Assembly (NCBI GenBank): GCA_008632985.1
Contig: QPGO01000310.1
Coordinates: 1 to 62,203, forward strand
Length of the DNA: 62,203 nt
From: Psammoneis japonica
Lineage: Eukaryota
Reading direction: 5' to 3'
Numbering within the stretch: position 1 is the stretch's first letter; every line of letters starts with the position of its first letter. The notes beneath the pieces are model-generated. The model was not told the DNA's origin and made no database searches. It was given only the letters and a program-made list of their open reading frames with translations. Made by a program: the position numbers and the translations under genes. Positions 57,690 through 62,203 of this stretch are shown piece by piece.

Positions 57690-60600
57690 CGTCAATGGGA
57701 GTCATTGCGGCTCTCAGAGTCGCTGCACAGAAACTGTGCAAAAGAGCACCAGAAACAATCGCTGCCAGTCTGTCCGCCCTTCCACACTCAAGTGTCGACT
57801 TCTCAGGAAATCAATTGAAATGTCATCTCTCCGAAGGTGTTGCTCTTCACCATGCAAGTCAAAATGCCTTTGGTCAGATGACATTTCAGCTGAGTTCCCG
57901 AAAAGTCGCTGGCTCCAACCACCCTCTCGCGTGACATTGTGCGCATTTCCACCTCGTGCAAAATGCTGGTTGTGACTCTTGCAACATTTTGAATGATTTC
58001 TGTTGATCTTGAATCTGCGGCAAGTCATTGTGATTTGTGACAGATTCTTTCATCAGAAACACGCATGCGCGCACACACACACTCTCCATCGTGAGTCTGT
58101 GTGTCGACCATCACTTTTTGTTTTTGCATGTGTTTGCATGTTTTGGCCCTTTGGTCTTTGATCGCACTGGCTTCAATGGGAGTCATTGTGGCTCTCAGAG
58201 TCATTGTGCAGAAATTGTGCACAAGAGCGCCAGAAACAATTGTTGCCAGTCAGTCTGCCCTTCTGTGCTCGAATGTCAACTTCTCGGGAAATCAATTGAA
58301 ATGTCATCTCTCCAAAGGTGTTGCTCTTCACCATGCAAATCAAAATGCCTTTGGTCAGATGACATTTTAATTGAGCTCCCAAAAAATCACTGGCTCCAAT
58401 CACCCTCTTGCATGACACTGTGTGCATTTCTGCATGATTTGTTGTTTTTCCTTGGTGAAATGCTGGCTGTGACTCTTGCAACATTTTTGAATGACTCCCA
58501 TTGATCTTGACATCTGCGGCATTGTGACGCACTCTCCTTCATGAGTCTGCACATCAACTGCAACTTTTTGTTTTCATTTGTGTTTGTGCGATGATGAAGA
58601 GCCTGGGTGATGACAGTGTCATTTGCAGTCTTCAGGAATGAATGAATCCGAGTGCACGATGCAAAAAATTCAAAATGTTGACGTTGGCAACTGACGATCT
58701 TTGAAGGTGGGTCCAGAGGTGCATGAATCATCTGTTGTCATTTGCACACTCGCACTCGCACACTCAGCATGCACACGAATGACAAAACGATGAGGCGAAT
58801 CACGCTGGCATGTTTGGCTGTAACAACTTGCGGTTTTGAGAGAATTTTTGTGGGGTGAGAAAAGCGGCTTGATCGCCNNNNNNNNNNNNNNNNNNNNNNN
58901 NNNNNNNNNNNNNNNNNNNNNNNNNNNNNNNNNNNNNNNNNNNNNNNNNNNNNNNNNNNNNNNNNNNNNNNNNNNNNNNNNNNNNNNNNNNNNNNNNNNN
59001 NNNNNNNNNNNNNNNNNNNNNNNNNNNNNNNNNNNNNNNNNNNNNNNNNNNNNNNNNNNNNNNNNNNNNNNNNNNNNNNNNNNNNNNNNNNNNNNNNNNN
59101 NNNNNNNNNNNNNNNNNNNNNNNNNNNNNNNNNNNNNNNNNNNNNNNNNNNNNNNNNNNNNNNNNNNNNNNNNNNNNNNNNNNNNNNNNNNNNNNNNNNN
59201 NNNNNNNNNNNNNNNNNNNNNNNNNNNNNNNNNNNNNNNNNNNNNNNNNNNNNNNNNNNNNNNNNNNNNNNNNNNNNNNNNNNNNNNNNNNNNNNNNNNN
59301 NNNNNNNNNNNNNNNNNNNNNNNNNNNNNNNNNNNNNNNNNNNNNNNNNNNNNCAGCCAAATGGGCTTTCTTGTGTCTCTGACGTCAGCGCAGTTGCATG
59401 GCATGTGTTGCTTTGGAGCTCGCCCATCTCCGAATTTTTGTTGGCTCATCTCCATGTTGTCAACAGGGGCAACAATGATGGTGACAAGTGGCGGCAACTG
59501 CGCTTCCACTCCATGCAGTCATCCTGCTCAGCCCAAGCAGCTCACAGACAGCACCGCTGGCTTTTTGGTGAGAGGTGAGCTTCTGGTCTCTCATCAGTTT
59601 CGCGCCCCATTGGCCAAGCTGCTCTTGTTCTTGCAATTGTCTCAGAGAGTGAGCTGGCCTTTGCTCACCCATTCTAGACTTCAATGGCGCTGTTGTGCTG
59701 AAATGCAAGCCACCCGCAGCAGCACATGATCTGTTTTTGAGCTTGGCTCTCATTGCCTGTCATCTCCACACATCGACTCGACTGCTTGAAATGGAAGCAG
59801 CAGAGCCCTTTGGCCGCACTGGCGTCAGACGCGCTCCAGCTCCAGGCGGGACCTGGCACTGCCGAGCTGTGAGACATCGGCAGTTTTTTGGATTGCGCTG
59901 CATGTTGCACGTGCAGAAATGTGCGAGACTTTTGTGAAATTTTGTGTCATTTTGCGGTGAGCTAATTGAGCAATCTGTCCAACAACTTTTGACATTTTTT
60001 GTTGCAGCGCGATTCCACAACGTCTTCAAAATCACGCAGGGCAGGCACGTTTGCAAAAACGTCAAGTGGCAAGAGGCCCAATTGCCAAATTTTTGCACTG
60101 CTGAGCTTGCGCGCACAATTCTGTGGGCCCAATGTCACACGGAGTCCCGCCCAGGACTGGAGCCCATCGTCAATGGGAGTCATCGTGGTTCTCAGAGTCG
60201 CCGCATGGAAATTGTGCAGAAGAGCGCCAGAGACAATTGTTGTCAGTCTGTCCGCCATTCTGCACTCAAATGTCAACTTCTCGGGAAATTGACTGAAGCA
60301 TCATCTGACCAAAGGTGTTGCTCTTCACCATGCAAATCAAAATGCCTTTGGTCAGATGACATTTCAGCTGAGTTCCCAAAAAATCACTGGCTCCAATCAC
60401 CCTCTCACATGGCATTGTGTGCATTTCCACCTCATGCAAAATGCTGGTTGTGACTCTTGCAACATTTTCGAATGATTTCTGTTGATCTTGAATCTGTGGC
60501 AAGTCATTGTGATTTGTGAAGGATTTTTTCGTCAGAGAAACACGCACGCACGCACTCTCCGTCGTGAGTCTGTGCGTCGACCGTCGCTTTTTGTTTTTGT
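57690..60600 (+). repeat. Three copies of a ~330-450-bp module (57693, 58175, 60171)
   Basis: caatgggagtcat..ctcagagtc and tcaccatgcaa.tcaaaatgcctttggtcagatgacattt recur at all three sites. Confidence 0.85.
58878..59353. other. Assembly gap (N run)
   Basis: 476 consecutive N. Confidence 0.99.
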
Positions 60601-61329
60601 CCATGTTTCCATGTTTCAGCTACGATGATGTAGAATCCGGGCAATGACAATGTCCTTTGCAGTGCTGCAAATTGCCAAACACTTGGCAAAAATGCGCGTA
60701 AACCGCCTTCGTTCGCTTCTGAAGGGAAAATTTCCATTCGTTGCGATTTTGTGCCAGAGCCACGTAGAAATGCACAGCGCTGCATCTTGCTGCTTTCCAA
60801 CTCCCGCCTCCGACCTCCGACGAAGACACGGTGAAGCACGAGGATGCACCCGACAATGGCGGTGCCCATTGTCATCGATTCTGCCAATTTTCACACTCTC
60901 CCGTGTTTCATTTAACTCCAAATGGCAATGAAAGAGAGCTTTGGTGCTTTGCATTTTTTCCATTGGCGGCTTCACTCACATTCATTCTCCGTCTGCACAT
61001 TTTGACATCCCAGCCAGCGCAACGCGCAGTTTTTGCTTCCATTCAGGAGCATTGCAGCTCAAGCTGTCGTTCATCAACCAACACTGGTGAAATTCGTTCG
61101 ATTGTTGAATGCCTGGTGTTGCTGTGCACACATTTGAGGCAATGGGAGGGCAAGAAATGGCTCTTGCAAGAGCGCACAACGCGTCATGTTGCTTGACAGA
61201 TGCAACAGACATGGCAGAGTTGGATGTGACCAATGAAGAGGTTGAATTTGTGGTGCACAGGAGGGTGAACATCAACTTCTCTCTGTCGGCGGAGGGAGTG
61301 ACTCGCTTGCAACCAATCTTGGATTAGAT

Positions 61330-61560
61330 TCCATGCTGCTCTGGGTTGTTTGTTCAACACTGCTCTAGATTCAATGCCACTCTCTAGAGGTTGTTTGTTC
61401 AACACCACTCTAGACAAGCCACTGCTCTAGGTTCTTTGTTCAATGCTACATCAGATTCGACACTCATCTGGGTTCTTTGTTCAATGCTGCTCTGGACTCG
61501 ACACTGCTCCAGCATCAATGCAATCGGATCATGCAGCGGCACTGTTGATTCTAGATTGTC
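61330..61560. repeat. Short degenerate tandem repeats (gtt.tttgttcaa...ctctag)
   Basis: ttgttcaa at ~61350, 61394, 61436 and 61477. On the minus strand these read as repeated (E)SRA.LNK(Q/E)P peptides. Confidence 0.6.
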
Positions 61561-62203
61561 TGTTTTTTTTCTACACTGCTGGTGTCCATCCCAATGAAGA
61601 TCCACACACAATGGCACAGTGCAAATGCCGTCTTCTCTTTGGGCTTGGTCGGTCTACGAGACCAGGGCTTTCCTCCGGGTGAATGACATGGCACGCCATT
61701 CCTCTTGCAATTTGCAAACTCCTCGACCGAAGTTTGCCACTCATCGAGTTTACTCTCGTTCCTCTGTGCAATGTTTCGAATTTAGTTTGGCTCATCCACA
61801 GAAAAATGCCCACATCCAATGCATTGACGGTGCGCCTCATCGTCCAGAAGGTGTCCGCCGACCAGAAACTTCCTGTCGCGCTCTTCGGCACACCGCACCA
61901 CAACTCGGTTCCCTCAGCTCGTCGAGCATTTTATCCCTCGTGGGACCATCTACATCATCATACTCGATAGTGTCATGTGGAGTTTCGGCGTTTGATTCCC
62001 GTGCACGGACACGGTTGTGCATGGCGTTTGTTTGCCATGGTTGAAGAGTGCGAGCGTGTCATCTGTGTTGTTTCCAAAAAATCACGCGCGGGAAGATTGT
62101 GTACTTTTCTACGTAGGCTGGTACAATCGAGCAACGAAGAGAAATTTTCCCTTCAGAGGCGAACGAAGGAGCTTTACGCGCGTTTTTGCCAAGTGTTCAG
62201 CAA

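Larger units (their letters stand above)
51306..61650. mobile_element. Large repeat-rich, TpA-depleted composite element(s), possibly a TTAA-targeting DNA transposon
   Basis: Starts at TTAA|GGGGGACCGCC, just before the composition changes. Modules recur in direct and inverted orientation on both sides of the gap. No transposase motif or right terminus was recognised. Confidence 0.5.

Noticed and set aside
58670..59729. ORFs of 186-297 aa
   Set aside because: They are open only because they cross the N gap.

Overview
Eukaryotic nuclear DNA, most likely a pennate diatom (inferred from short GT-AG introns of about 70-105 bp and the gene families present). It contains an assembly gap at 58878-59353 and many 1-bp homopolymer indels that look like sequencing errors. 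Ordinary gene islands alternate with four sharply bounded blocks (~2.75-7.7, 19.3-24.56, 27.0-31.85 and 51.4-61.6 kb). In these blocks TpA is almost absent, CpG is usually depleted and TG/CA is very abundant. Comparing repeat copies shows both CG and TA sites aligning to TG/CA, which suggests a RIP-like, region-targeted hypermutation. One block is a dead non-LTR retrotransposon and another is a repeat-rich element starting at TTAA|GGGGG. Housekeeping-type genes: a Cys-rich zinc-finger-like protein (partly tandem-duplicated), a thioredoxin-like protein, NDUFB8, a 4-TM protein, a GPCR-like receptor, a probable plastid protein, a coiled-coil orphan and a fumarylacetoacetase-maleylacetoacetate isomerase fusion pseudogene. 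An intronless extracellular-type cluster comprises a duplicated head-to-head pair (FG-GAP/ASPIC-UnbV protein plus a bacterial-like beta-propeller protein), a vWA protein with RRL sites and two Cys-rich Kazal/VWC-like paralogs. Their upstream regions share clusters of an ATGACC/GGTCAT motif.
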